In this document: piece by piece, positions 1 through 12,813 of the stretch
Layout of the letters: each line of letters opens with the position of its first letter
Numbering within the stretch: the stretch's first letter is position 1
Source of the DNA: Tubulanus polymorphus
Lineage: Eukaryota; Animalia; Nemertea
DNA length: 64,000 nt
NCBI RefSeq assembly: GCF_964204645.1
Contig: NC_134032.1
Coordinates: forward strand, 12,202,275 to 12,266,274
Reading direction: 5' to 3'
The notes under the pieces: generated by a model
What the model was told of the DNA's origin: nothing
What the model saw: only the letters and a program-made list of their open reading frames with translations
Database searches by the model: none
Translations under genes and position numbers: made by a program

Positions 1-1268
1 GTAGCCTGAAGGCCTATGCTTTTCAAATTTATCTTTATTAGGGCTATAATGATTTTACAGTTCTGTGGGTTTCAGTCACCATAAGTTCATATGCTGTGAA
101 CTTAGGACAATAATTGTTATTCCTCATTTTGTAAAGGACTGTGTATTTATAACAGTGTTTGTTTGGTCAGTCAACCGGTGTTTTAGTAAGGTACCGTTAT
201 TTTTCTGTTGGAATTTGAATCCAAATTCACGTGGAGTGACCATTGTTGAGATTCGGACGTGATTTTGAGGTAAAAATTATCCACTAATTAAAATCAAATC
301 ATTGAAAAAAATTTACTTGTGGAATACCACTTTTAGATCAAAAACATCATAGGCCTATAGCCTAGGCCTAGCCTAAATGTTTTTGAAATATTTTCAAAAG
401 AAGGAAATTGTTAAAATTTTTATGAGCCTATTTGATTTATTCTTTGTTAAGAGAATTTTCTAAAAATGAATATCTCAAAATGTTGGTACAATTGATTTAT
501 CAAAACACCAGTCGACAAGACCAAGCATACAATATATAAATACCACTACTCAATTTGCAGTCTCACCAACGTGTGAGATTGAATAGGTTTCAATGTCAAA
601 AATTAGCCACTAATCTGAATCCTGTAGAACAGGGTTCTGAGTTCGCCTTCAGATCTCGATATTTCAAATTAAGGATCGTCCAGACTTCAAAAATATCCAG
701 GACTGCCTTTGGACATCAACTAAAATCACCCTTCATTTTATCAATCCACTTTCATCGAGGAATCATCCAGACTGCAGACTATATCGCGAATGAGTGATTC
801 CAGTTAGCAGACTGATTTCTGCATGACCTATGAAACTGGTATTGTTTTAACTGACCACTCAAGTATTCAGTTCCACGGCTCTGCGAGTAAGAGTTGCCTC
901 TTAGTTGAAATTCGTTTATTTTCAATTAGTTAACTCTGAGTCAAATCGCAAGTCAACTGTAGACTTGCCACTCAAGTATTGTTTTAATTGACCACTGTAG
1001 CATTGTTTTAACTGACCGCTGTATTATCATTTTAACTGACCACTTCAGTATTAATTTAACCGAACACCGCTGCTGCAATATTTTAAGACCATTAACTGAT
1101 CATCGCTTAGAACTGACCACTGCGGCAGCGTAATTGTTGTTACTGGTCACAGGTTGGTGTTAATTGTTCTGCGTATAATGAATATTGTATGCATATATTG
1201 TAGGTTGATACGACCACTGTCGATATGAAAGCTTCATCTCTCCGACTCCAACAACTCTCACAGCTCCG

Positions 1269-1339
1269 ATGGCACTAGACAAACGGAGTAACATGGAACA
1301 GCGACAAAATTACAGTAACAAAGTTACGTCTTTTAAAAG
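1269..1339 (+). CDS. Candidate DYRK4 alternative start exon (MALDKRSNMEQRQNYSNKVTSFK-R)
   Basis: ATG-open frame to AAG|gtgagc phase-2 donor. An acceptor-like tgtag ends at 1203, and a second phase-2 donor CA|gtaagt lies at 1555 in the same frame (ATG 1533). Confidence 0.4.
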
Positions 1340-2477
1340 GTGAGCTCGGGAATCAAACTGTAGACTCTGTCGTACTCGGGGTAGGGTTCGGTTGGGACCG
1401 TAGATATTTGGTTGAGAATCCAAGAAATGTCTTCGCAAAATCAATCTTCGAGGATCATGCAACGGTGAATGCCTCACCGAATTGAAGATAAGGGAACTTG
1501 AAAATTTTGCTAAAGAAAATCCAAGTAAAATCATGTTGAAATCCAACTGTTTTCAGTAAGTATCAATACTGAGTAAGGTAGAATTTGATGTATTATATTA
1601 GGCCCCTAATGTTATTTCTATAGGTTTTTTTTTCAAATCTGGGGTTGTATTGCACGTGACTTCACTCCAAAAATGGTCTTAAATCCGACGAATGGCCCTA
1701 AGACTTTTGATTGCATTTTTAAACCAAAATGAGCTTACAATTGTATTAATTTATTTGAGTAATATTATAAAACCAAATAATTCGGATGAATACGACTGGT
1801 CAATTCATTAACAATAATGGGCTTAAATCTAAGTCTTCAGTGTTCAACTTGTCGCTCTTGGCTTTTTCTTTGAAAAAAAAACCTGCTGAAGTTAAGCTTG
1901 AATTCTTGCCCAATTGAATTTGCCGGAGTTGTATAATTCTCGGCTATTTTAAGGCCAAGGTTGGTTTTATATAATAAAAGGCAAACGGTGCTAATCAGCT
2001 TAACGGAGATTATCTCGTTAGGTTTTTCATAACAGTTGTAAATTGGAATATGGCGTCAGTGCATGGAATGAAAGATCATAAAACAAATAGCCTAGAAAAA
2101 GGGCTCTTTTTTAAATAGTCGATTTTTTCCCTTTTTTTTCATAAAATATAAGTGAATTATGAATTTTTTTCGCATTTTGCTCTTATCGTCGGATACGATA
2201 TTGTTCTTTATGTTAAACAATTATCGACAATTATCTGTTTCAACTTGACTTCAGAGGACATCGGGTGCCGGCCCTAGCTCGGCCAGTTTTGGCAGAACAT
2301 ACCGGATATCGGTCTATAAAGCACCAGAACGTACGGAGAGTCGAACTAAAACATTGATTTCGAACCGTATTGAATAATTGTCAAAGAGTATTCGTTGAAT
2401 GGATTACAAATGATAGAACAGAAATGTACTGTCGGAATTAACCGTCCTCTCAAGTAAAGTTAGATAAGATATTCTAG

Positions 2478-2714
2478 TAAGATAAAATCCCACTATTTAC
2501 AGATTAAAAGAATTTAAAAACCAGAATTTATTTATTCAATCAAAAATATATTATGTCACACCTGACGATGATCTCTAGGGTGAGATCGAAACGTCGTCTC
2601 TTATATATATTTTAGATTGAATAAATAAATTCTTGTTTTTAAATTCTTTTAATCTGTAGATAGTGGGTTTATATCTTATTATCCGTTCACCACATTTGAG
2701 TGTGGTCATCGTTC
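2478..2714 (+). mobile_element. Penelope-like element terminal remnant: ~75-bp inverted repeats around a minimal hammerhead motif, 13-bp flanking direct repeat
   Basis: Inverted arms about 2478-2552 and 2601-2680; TAAGATATTCTAG at 2465-2477 and 2715-2727. Confidence 0.65.
2557..2600 (+). ncRNA. Minimal type I hammerhead ribozyme motif
   Basis: CTGACGA-T-[GATCTC-tagggt-GAGATC]-GAAA-CGTC: intact core and perfect 6-bp stem II; stem I weak. Confidence 0.6.
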
Positions 2715-4701
2715 TAAGATATTCTAGGCTCAATGAGTAAAAGAGTTAAATTCAATATTTATTTTTGTCGAGATTTGGTGAACTCGTCTAATGGGCCTTA
2801 TTTGTGTATATATAACTGAAAAACGATTAAATGCAGGATTAGACATTCTATACAATGTAGGGTTTAGATTATTATTGACGCAGTCGACCGTTATAAATGA
2901 AGAACAATAATATTTGTATGTAACGACCATAAAAACCTGTCTGCTTTATAGAAATATTCGACCAGTTAACCAGTTAACCAGTAAAATCCCTTGTCTTTAT
3001 ATTTAAAGATATTTTACTGTGATGGTCAAATAAGAGGTCATCTTTTTTTATTCACTGCATCATTAATTAGCCGTGATTTAGGGTCGAATTTTACCAGTCT
3101 TGGCTGCAGTAAGAAATGGAATTTATTGTATTTCTCAAATGCTTACTCAGTATTTGACTCCAACTTGGGGTAGAATTTGACCAGTTTCAACTTGACCGCG
3201 GTAAGAAACAGAGTCTACTGTATTTCTCAAACTCAGGCATTCAAAATGTCAAATATCTTCTGGTAAAGCCTTACCTACTTGCAGGAAGGATCGCCTTCTC
3301 CTATCTACACACGTTCTTCACACGTCACAAGAAGTTGGGTTTATATTTCGACGCGATAATTTCAACGTAACGACTTCTAGAAATAAAACTGGACTGCCGA
3401 TGCTGGGGGTAGATCGGCGACCTCTTAGGAGGAGATCAGAGAGTGATGTGGTTAACAGCTTCTGGCTGGATAAGGTTAAAGCTATTTGAGAGAAGTAAAA
3501 AGTGAAGAGAAATAAGGCTAAAAAAATTGACACCTTGTTTCTCATTTCTGCTAGCCACCTATAATCTGTACATTACTTTATATAAATGAACTGCCTGATT
3601 GCAAATTTTATTGCAATTTCAAAAGTGACCCGGCCGATTAGGAGAAACGAGGTATCATATTATTCTAAGAGAGAATATGTTTTTCTGACATTTTGACACG
3701 ACCTCGGTATAAGGAAAATAAAGCAGTTCCCCGGCGGGGGTACCTTAAGAAGGACCGGCGCATTCGTGTGCATGGAGAGGTCTCAACCCTTCAACCGAAC
3801 TGTTCTTTATAGTCAAAACGGAGACAAAGTCTTTGAAGATCGATTGTTGTGTATTTAATGTACGTTAAACGACTCTTATTAACTGTAAAACTCTGAACCG
3901 CTTTATATTGAAACTCGTCAAACTGTGGAAAATTATTTAACGCTTTTAGGCGTGGAGAAAAATTGCGGTTATGATTAAACTAAATACCCGCTATAAGGCT
4001 AAGAAAAACGAGCCATAAATTTTCGCGGGTTTGTCAATTTTGTTACATTCTCCCGCTATAGGCGTTCAGTGTTGTCCAAAAACAAGCGGAAATCTTCGCA
4101 AGTTTGTTAATTTCGTTACAAATTTCACCGGTTTGCTTATTTCATGACGAATTGCTTAGTAGAATACCCGCCAGGCAAACGGATATCTCCTACACAAGAA
4201 TTGGCTACATATTTTCGCGTGTTACTTAATTTCGCCGCATTGGTCAATCCTATGTACCGGATATTTGGCCGCAAATTTTCATTCCCTTTTCAATATGCAT
4301 AAGACAAATCTCCTCTAGAAGTCTCGGGCTAGCTGTATCGATTTGATATACCATTTAAATTCCGAGGATTTCGTCGTCGGGCGCGCTCGCGCGGAAATAT
4401 CCGTAGCGAAAATTTCGCCGCCGGTAATTATAATCGCCCGGGCTGTTGACAAATATAATATCTTTAAGTAGGAATGTTTTTCAGTTAACTGTGACCGGTG
4501 TATTTGACGAATATGTTATAACTGTTTATTATTTGTCGGAACTGACGATATAGTCAACGCGAGCGTCCATTTCGACTGTTCGTTTTGCGCGGAAAACTTA
4601 CCGAAATTTCTCCGGGCTCTCGAGACCCCGATGCTGCGGATTCTGTTTAAACTTTGTTGTCGATCTTTGCTTAGTTAATTAGTCCGACTGATTAATTAAC
4701 G

Positions 4702-4823
4702 ATGAAGGATTTGGGAGCGGCGAAGGATTTTACGTATTGGAAGGTCGACGGCGCCATCAATCCGGCCGTTCATATCCCGAAAACGGGTTTTCAAGGTCAC
4801 GCGACCCAGACGGTCAGGCTTCG
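4702..4823 (+). CDS. Candidate DYRK4 alternative first exon (MKDLGAAKDFTYWKVDGAINPAVHIPKTGFQGHATQTVRL-R)
   Basis: CpG-rich patch, aacgATG, 122-nt open frame, CG|gtaggt phase-2 donor. Confidence 0.55.
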
Positions 4824-4907
4824 GTAGGTTTTATCGAATTTCTTTTTCAGTTGGAGGGGGTTTGAGGGTTTGAACCTCGGTTTCTGGATCGGCAATATAC
4901 GGGTTCA

Positions 4908-5190
4908 CAGGGTTCTTGCAGATCAGAAAATCAGGGAATACCGACTTTTTACAACACTTAGGGATACAACACTTAGGGACACTTAACTTGACAGTTAGGA
5001 ACAGTTAACTTGAATTTTTGGTGTCTGGTGGTACATTCTTGCTGGTGATGAGTCGTGTGGCAAAAGGAACCTCTTGAGAAGAAATAGTCCCTATGGAGAA
5101 TATCTTATGATCTCGTCATTTTTCGGTCAAAGGTCAGGGTATCGGAGAACTATGCGGGAATTTCGGATTCCCTGATCTGAAAGAACCCTG
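4908..5190. mobile_element. MITE-like element
   Basis: TIRs CAGGGTTCTTGCAGATCAG / CTGATCTGAAAGAACCCTG. Confidence 0.55.
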
Positions 5191-6870
5191 GGTTAAGTTA
5201 TTATCAGTCTTGACTCAATTTGAGTTTAGGTTAACTTCATCTAGTTCAACTTTATTTTGAGCAGTGTTAAAATTGTGGTTGATGTTTTAAGGTAGATCAT
5301 TTAGAAAAAAACCAGCCCAGTTCCTGTAGAACGTATTAAGCCGATCTGAAAATTTGTCCCGTCCCTTGAGTTGTCGCCTCAAATGCAGGATTCATAGAAC
5401 TGCACCGGGTTCCGTTTATCTGAGATCTTGTCCGGAAACAAGGGTTGCGTTGAAAGAATCATATTTTCAAGATAATTATTCCTATTAAATCAAACAACTT
5501 GACAATTCTTTTCCGAAAATAATTCATGTATAATTTCGTCAAATTTTAGTGAATCTTAAAAGGACACTGGTCTGTTCTTGGTATGTATTGCAATGAATAA
5601 TACTTGGTCATTCGGTCAGCGCGGATTATTTCTTCATTCAAACATGTTTAATTATGGTGTCCTATAACATGATATTATAGCATTCTTCAAGTACTCTGGA
5701 TTTACACGGGAATTAAGGAGAGCACTTGAATTTAATTTGCGCGATCCTCCTTTCAAGAGTGAATTCAATCTCTTTCAGATCGGAAATATTTGGTTAGATT
5801 AATCCATGACGAATGTTACTTGAAGATTTATCAATCTTCTTCTCAATGGATGAGAGGTGTTTGTTCAAATTAGTACTTTTAGGGTTTGAATTTAGGTTTG
5901 AACTGTAGGCCTATAGAAGGGGTTGAAAATTAATTTGATACGGCAGGATGGCCACTGAACTGGAAAACTCAGGGAATTTGACAAATTTTTGCTTAAGAAC
6001 CTGGAAAACTAAGGGAATTTGGATAATGCCATTGACCGAGTGTTCCTTATGACTACCTGATTAAAGGCCATCTTGGTTCTATAGCCAATCAAACAACTTA
6101 CGACCAACCTTACGATTTATTAAGACACTTTTAAACTTTGGATGGTCTATGAGACTGGCTCTGTTTAATTTATAGGGCCAAAATCAAGTTCAGACTCAAG
6201 AGTTTCACCCCTTGGCCCCAGAGAAGAGATTAATTAGTATTTAGAATTATGCATGCCAGTCTTACTGAGCCATCTAAGATCGGCTCCAACTCAATTGAGG
6301 TCATGATTATGTTGTAATTTCGACATTGTTCCCCCCCCCCACCCCCCATGTAAACATATAAGTAGATTAATGATTATAATTGTTTGTTGTCATTAGCCTG
6401 TTATTCTGCTGAAATATTCAGTCTTTCATTTTTAAAATCTCTCGAGGAGCCATCAAACAGCAGGACATCACTTCACCGTCTAAAGTCTTGATTAAAAACT
6501 CCGAATCATTAGATTCTTATTATCTATGTTAATCCGATGTAAAATTAATCCGCAATGGATTAATCGTTATTAAGGTTTTTGTTTTCGTTATTACGAGCGC
6601 TGGTGCCAGCGATCCAGTCACTGTCCTAGTAATTATTTGGTCATTACTGATTAGAACTTTGGTCGAATGTCGACTTTGAAAACCGTTTGACCAAACAGTA
6701 ACTACGAACTTTAAGATAACAAGATATGTAGGCATATCTGTATTGGAAGAAGTGTTGTAAATGTGGACAGTGAGGAGTATTTTTTTAGAAAGTGAACTTC
6801 ATTATCGCAAAAGGAGGAGGGATATAGAGTTTGGAGGCAATTTGAATTATATCGAAACGGAGTATAGATA

Positions 6871-6920
6871 ATGGCAGACGTTTTTGTGAATAAATCAGTC
6901 GACGACCGGTTGAAACTTTG
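6871..6920 (+). CDS. Candidate DYRK4 alternative first exon (MADVFVNKSVDDRLKL-W)
   Basis: ataATGg with upstream in-frame TAG; TG|gtgagt phase-2 donor. Confidence 0.5.
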
Positions 6921-7071
6921 GTGAGTTTTTATAGTGAGAGTGAGGTCGATCGTTACCTCAATTAAGAGAATCACTGTAGAGGTCGGGGGAGGACCTCATC
7001 CTTCCTAAATCTAGTCTCGGTTAGGTATACAGGACAGGATAAAGTTTGACTTAGATTTAAGTAGGCTAATA

Positions 7072-7694
7072 GAAAATGAACTGATTTTGACTGTAGAGTT
7101 AAAGTAATTGAAAATGAACTAATTTTGACTGTACAGTTAAAGTAATTGAAAATGAACTGATTTTGACTGTAGAGTTGAAGTAATTGAAAATGAACTAATT
7201 TTGACTGTAGAGTTAAAGTAATTGAAAATGAACTAATTTTGACTGTAGAGTTAAAGTAATTGAAAATGAACTGATTTTGACTGTACAGTTAAAGTAATTG
7301 AAAATGAACTGATTTTGACTGTAGAGTTGAAGTAATTGAAAATGAACTGATTTTTACTGTAAAGTTTAAGTAATTGAAAATGAACTGATTTTGACTGTAG
7401 AGTTAAAGTAATTGAAAATGAACTGATTTTGACTGTACAGATAAAGTAATTGAAAATGAACTGATTTTGACTGTACAGATAAAGTAATTGAAAATGAACT
7501 GATTTTGACTGTAGAGTTTAAGTAATTGAAAATGAACTGATTTTGACTGTAGAGTTAAAGTAGTTGAAAATGAACTGATTTTGACTGTAGAGTTAAAGTA
7601 GTTGAAAATGAACTGATTTTGACTGTAGAGTTAAAGTAATTGAAAATGAACTGATTTTTACTGTAAAGTTTAAGTAATAGAAAATGAACTGATT
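7072..7694. repeat. 38-bp minisatellite, about 16 copies (GAAAATGAACTGATTTTGACTGTAGAGTTAAAGTAATT)
   Basis: Head-to-tail near-identical units with no spacers. Confidence 0.95.
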
Positions 7695-8201
7695 CTAGTC
7701 AATCTAGATGCTCTGAATTCAATTCTACAGTGAAGTTATTGTATATGTTTACAACGGGCAATAACGAACGCTTTGTTCTACCAACATTTTTACGCCGAAT
7801 TCTCAGACGTTTTCTCGTGTCAACCGGGTAAAAAAGGCTAACATTCTTTCAAAAAGGCGATTGTCTCCAATCGATGAATTAGTAATAACGACCGCGGGGT
7901 TTATTCAGGTTTTTTTTTTTTGCCGAACAATTAAACGCTGATGTCGCACGCAAGCCGCACGCGAACCGCGACCGAATCGTTGTCGGTTTTGAAATCGAGC
8001 CAAAAAAGATTTTCCTCGTTTGTTCAGTCGGTGACTAGATTTTTATTTATTCGTATTAAAAATTCAAACGCGGCCGAAAACCGGCTTGTCGACTCTTTTT
8101 TCTTCGTCGTTACGCGAAGCATATTTGACGATATTTCCGGTATTTTCTCGTTGTCGTTACGATAACAAAAGTTCTTTTTTTTCTCCTAATCGGCGGTGTG
8201 A

Positions 8202-8272
8202 ATGATCAGTCATTTCGATCGCATCGCCGAGATTGCCACTTTCACGCGCCCGGCGTCCGTTACGGGCCTAAT
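8202..8272 (+). CDS. Candidate DYRK4 alternative first exon (MISHFDRIAEIATFTRPASVTGL-M)
   Basis: End of a CpG-rich patch (about 7890-8270); AT|gtaaga phase-2 donor; weak Kozak context. Confidence 0.4.
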
Positions 8273-9667
8273 GTAAGATAAATAGAAGTTAAAGCATTAA
8301 TATCCGTGGAACGCTCGGTTGAATTTTGATTCGGTCGGCGAATTTCTCCATTGTAAGTTCGTACGTCAAAAAGCATATTTCATATGATTAGTTTCTTGAA
8401 CTTTTGATCGGTCAAATAACGCGTAAATAGGTCTGGTTACTGTCCCCGAGTGGTATTTTATAGGGCTGAAGATATTCTGTTGTACTGAACCTAGGCTATT
8501 TGTATTGGACGAAGCCTACCAGGGTATTTTGTCGGAGAGCTTTGTTCTTCATGTAGGACTGGGCCTGTTGTAGGACAGAAGCTAACCTATTTTGTGGAAT
8601 TCTTTCCTTCTATTCCTTTTTTGTAGGGCTGAACCTCTGATAAAACTGGGCTTATCCAAGCCGAAGCTAACCCATTTTTTTAGAATTTGCCCTATTTTGA
8701 TAAACCTGAACCTATTTGGTAGGATGGTAGGATTGTTTCCATTGGGTGCAGCCTATTTTATAATAGGAATGTGCCAATCCTGTTGGAATGTGCCTATCTT
8801 GTAGGGTTGGGCCTATTTCATAGGACTTAAGCTATTCCATAGGATTGTTTCCATGTTGTAGGGTCCAGCCTAGTTCGTAGGACTGTGCCTATGTTGTAGG
8901 GTTTGGTCTATCATGTAGGGCCGACCCGATCTCGTAGGACTGATGGGCCTATTTCATAGGACTGAAGCTATTCTGTAGGATAGTTTCTATTTTGTAGGGT
9001 TGAACCTTTTTGATAGGACTGATCTCTGTTTCGCAAGACCAAGTTTAAGGGCTGAATAAAAAAAGCCATGCTTTAACTTGCTCCGAAAGCTTTTTTATGT
9101 GAACCCCTAATTTAACGATCGTAATAAATTAAACTATTTTCGCGTTCGCACCCTTCAGGAATTTCTTGGTTCGGACATCGGATATTCTTCTTCTACCAAA
9201 CGCCTTGTAATTACATAACCAATAAACTTATCAGAACAGAGCGTAATCGACGACGACGGGGAAATCAGAGAGCAATAAAGTTTCTATCGTTGAGTGTTTG
9301 ATTTATGAGACGCCGCGGGGTGAAAAGTTTTGATTATAGATATCGAGAGTGTGTCAACAACGCACAACGGACTTGTCAACCCTATACGTAAATTAGCGTT
9401 ATCTATAGAACTGATTGAGGAGTGCGTGTTGTTACGATGATATCATTTACAACCTGTTGTTATACAATATACACACATATATAGCGAAACCGGTCTCAAA
9501 TCGGTATCGAAATACTTCGAATTTTTTGCGACTGAATTTTTTGATACGTTCATTTCTGTCCGAGTCTGCGCAGAAAAAGAGGAATTTTTAGACGTGGTTT
9601 AAGATATGGACAAGTCTGACTCGGTCGTGAGTGGCAAATGGCCGGGAATCATGCACAATTAGACACG

Positions 9668-10047
9668 ATTGGGAATTTGGCACACATGGAATCAGAAATG
9701 AGTGGGAACTGGGCACATATGGAATCCGAAATGAGTAGGAATTGGGCACATGAAATGATTGGGAATTTGGCATACATGGAATCAGAAATGAGTGGCAATT
9801 GGGCACATATGAAATCAGAAATGAGTGGGTTGGGCATACATGGAATCAGATATGAGTGGGAAGTGGGCATATATGGAATCAGAAATGAGTAGGAATTGGG
9901 CACACATGGAATCAGAAATGAATGAGAATTGGGGGCATACACGGAATCAGAACTGAGTGGGTTGGGCATACATGGAATTAGAAATGAGCAAGAATTGGGC
10001 ATATGTGGAATCAGAAATGACTGGGTCGGGCATTTATGGAATCAGAA
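9668..10047. repeat. About 33-bp minisatellite (GGCACACATGGAATCAGAAATGAGTGGGAATTG)
   Basis: About 11-12 imperfect units. Confidence 0.9.
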
Positions 10048-10888
10048 AGTGGGTATTTGGCACCAGACACGAGTGGGCAATTTGTTGTGAATGGAAAATT
10101 GTGCATGAGTGGGAAATGGAAAAATTGTGACTCAATTGTAAACACATTCCGGCTTGATAGATTACTTTCAATTTGAACCCGTTATCAGCTTTAAGAAAAT
10201 ATCAACTCAGCGATAAACTATCGGCGTCACCAATACGAAAATATCACGAATAAAAGCGAGTAGCTCGCAATCGTTTTGAATCATATAACTTAGACGAAAA
10301 AAGGATTTATCCTTCGGGCGGCGATAAGTATCGCAATCAGTCGTGAAATGCGATCTTGGTTCATATATTGACTTTGTTAAATAAAAAAAAGTCATTCGCA
10401 CTTGAAAAACTGCGCTGTTCGTTCGTCACGTAAAACGAACACAGACACGAATTTCATTTCTTTAAATATTTGTATTTCGCGATAGTTTCGAGAATCTATA
10501 TACGTATATACAACGAGTCTTAGGGGTACAGAGATCGCCGCCGTCGCCGCCGTCGTTGCGAGCTATTAAGATAAGTGGCCATGAATACGGATATTGTTTA
10601 CGAGTAATTTTATCGCTTCGAAGAAACAACGTAAAAAATGGCGACTGTTGCGTGATGTGTCGTCTGCACGCACGGGCACGCACCGGCCGGGCGGTGGCGG
10701 TGGGTTTTTTTTTCTCGAACGTTGCGTCATCGTTAAAACAACGACTCGATTGTCGTCGCGTCGTGATTTTTTAATTCCGCGCGACGTCGACGTCGTTCCG
10801 GTCCCGCGCGATCGATTCAATCTGCTAGGTATTTCGAGAATTGATTTTTTGGCCGCGTCACCCAGTCGTGTACGTAGGATTATCGTCG

Positions 10889-10971
10889 ATGAAGATCGTC
10901 GCGGAAATGGATGATGACAATCGGCCGTTGATTGTGAATGGTTGGATTTATGGCGATTGTTCGAATGTTGT
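10889..10971 (+). CDS. Candidate DYRK4 alternative first exon (MKIVAEMDDDNRPLIVNGWIYGDCSNV-V)
   Basis: End of a strong CpG-rich patch (about 10530-10910); GT|gtaagt phase-2 donor. Confidence 0.55.
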
Positions 10972-11017
10972 GTAAGTTTTCTGCAGGTTATATTTCTGCT
11001 GATTATATTTTGCCGGT

Positions 11018-11355
11018 GCCAGTTGACTGATTGGCTAGCTAGCTGGCTAACAGTCCATAGGATAGGAATTATTGGCTGGATGACTGGCTAGTAGACCAGC
11101 TGGCTAACTAAAGGACTGGTTGGTCCGTGGGTTGGCTGGCTGACCAGTTGACTGACTGATTGATTGACTGATTGGCTAGCTAGCTGGCTAACAGTCCATA
11201 GGATAGGAATTATTGGCTGGATGACGGGCTAGTAGACCAGCTGGCTAACTAAAGCACTGGTTGGTCCATGGATTGGCTGGCTGACCAGTTGACTGCCTGA
11301 TTGATTGGCTAGCTGGCTAATAGATACCCCATAGGAATTATTGGCTAGATGACTG
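11018..11355. repeat. About 140-bp direct repeat (2.3 copies) made of CTGG/GCTA/GATT tetramers
   Basis: GGCTAACAGTCCATAGGATAGGAATTATTGGCTGGATGAC occurs twice. Confidence 0.8.
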
Positions 11356-12370
11356 AGAAGTAAATAATTCGATTTCCGATTTCAAATCAGTTTAATCCAG
11401 AGGGTTTCATCGCTATGAAATTAAACTGCGTAATTATAGTTTGGCTTTAATCTTCCCCGATCCACGTTTGAAGTTTGATTATTTCTATCGAGTCGAAATT
11501 TCAATTCCTTCGATGGTCAATCACGAGATAGAGAGAGAGGAATCGTATTAGGACCGCCACCGATCACACTGCAGGCCTCTCAATAAACCGCGGTCTGATT
11601 ATACGTCTGGCCACTTTATCTAGATGAGGCTGAACACGAATAATGAATAATTCATATTGTCCGACCGGATGGGAGCGTCCGGCTGCTAATGAACATAGCA
11701 GGATAATATCTTATTGTTGTTACTATTGTTATCGTCATCAATATTAGATTCATAGTAATTCCAGTTGGTTCATGAATTTTAAATTAGCGTTTGTACATCT
11801 AGGTGTCCGTGTAAACGTCTATAGGCGGCTGTTTTATTTGGGGGGGGCAACTTTTTCAAAAATGAAACGTACAGTGTTTGAAAGTCGTCACTCGGTCACA
11901 GTTTGTATCGATGTGAATTTTTTTCAGACTGAGATCGTAGAAGATTAAAATCATTTAAGTCGCAGTTTGTACAAATTTTTGTGAGGAATCATTGATTGTT
12001 TTCAAATTCAGTCATGTTGTATTATAGAATTATTTATTATATTTCATCCATCCGGGAAATCAAGATCACTGAACCCTTTCAGTGCGTCTACACCACAGTG
12101 CAGTGTATAAATCAGTGATGGATTTTTTTGCTAGTACGCCGCACTGCGGTGTATTGGTGTAATTATCTGAAAATCTGGTCCTTAGATGGGGGTCAACTAT
12201 ACTGCCTGCATGTAGGTACAAATACGTAGTACTCCGCAGTGAATATGTAGCTCCAGTAGCATTTGGAGCCATCCCTTTCTAGAGTGAATGGTGGATTTGG
12301 TTCTGATGTTAGCAAAAAACTGTCAGTCATATAGAAACATTGGTTTGCGGTCTTTTTTAGTTGGTACTAC

Positions 12371-12796
12371 AGCTGCGTTCACACTAGGATTTCAGTACGG
12401 TACTAAGCTTTCACACTTGGAAATTATTCGAGGCATATTTGCAGCTTATTCATTTCCGTACCGAAATACACGGCTTATTAAGCGCGGAATGCGATTCTGT
12501 GGCGAAAACCCTATCTCGGTACGGAACTGAGCTGGCCGCGTATTTTCTGTAGTGTGAACGCAGATTCGGCGCTTAGCAGCTAAGCTAGCTGCTAGCCGCG
12601 TATTTACAAAACACTAAACACTAATTACACTTCCCTTGATAGGCACACCGGGTGACTACTATACTGGGCGTACTAAGTGCCGAATTGCCGACTCGTAGTG
12701 TGAACGTAACTGGCTGAGTAAGCGCCGTATTTTGGTGAAATCGGCACCAGCGAAGTACGGTACTTCGTAAGCGCCAAATCTAGTGTGAACGCGGCT
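12371..12796. mobile_element. MITE (PIF/Harbinger-like ends)
   Basis: TIRs AGCTGCGTTCACACTAG / CTAGTGTGAACGCGGCT with internal AGTGTGAACG repeats; 17 bp from the GPCR A1 stop. Confidence 0.7.
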
Positions 12797-12813
12797 TATT
12801 TCATCCCGCTATT

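Noticed and set aside
7072-7694. CRISPR-like array of ~38-bp repeats
   Set aside because: Units are head-to-tail with no unique spacers, there are no cas genes, and the context is eukaryotic.
9606-9626. ATG-MDKSDSV followed by gtgagt donor
   Set aside because: Phase 0, incompatible with exon 19250; it could only be a non-coding first exon or skip to 30181; too short to support.
9588-10002. Repetitive peptide ORFs on both strands
   Set aside because: Products of a 33-bp minisatellite.
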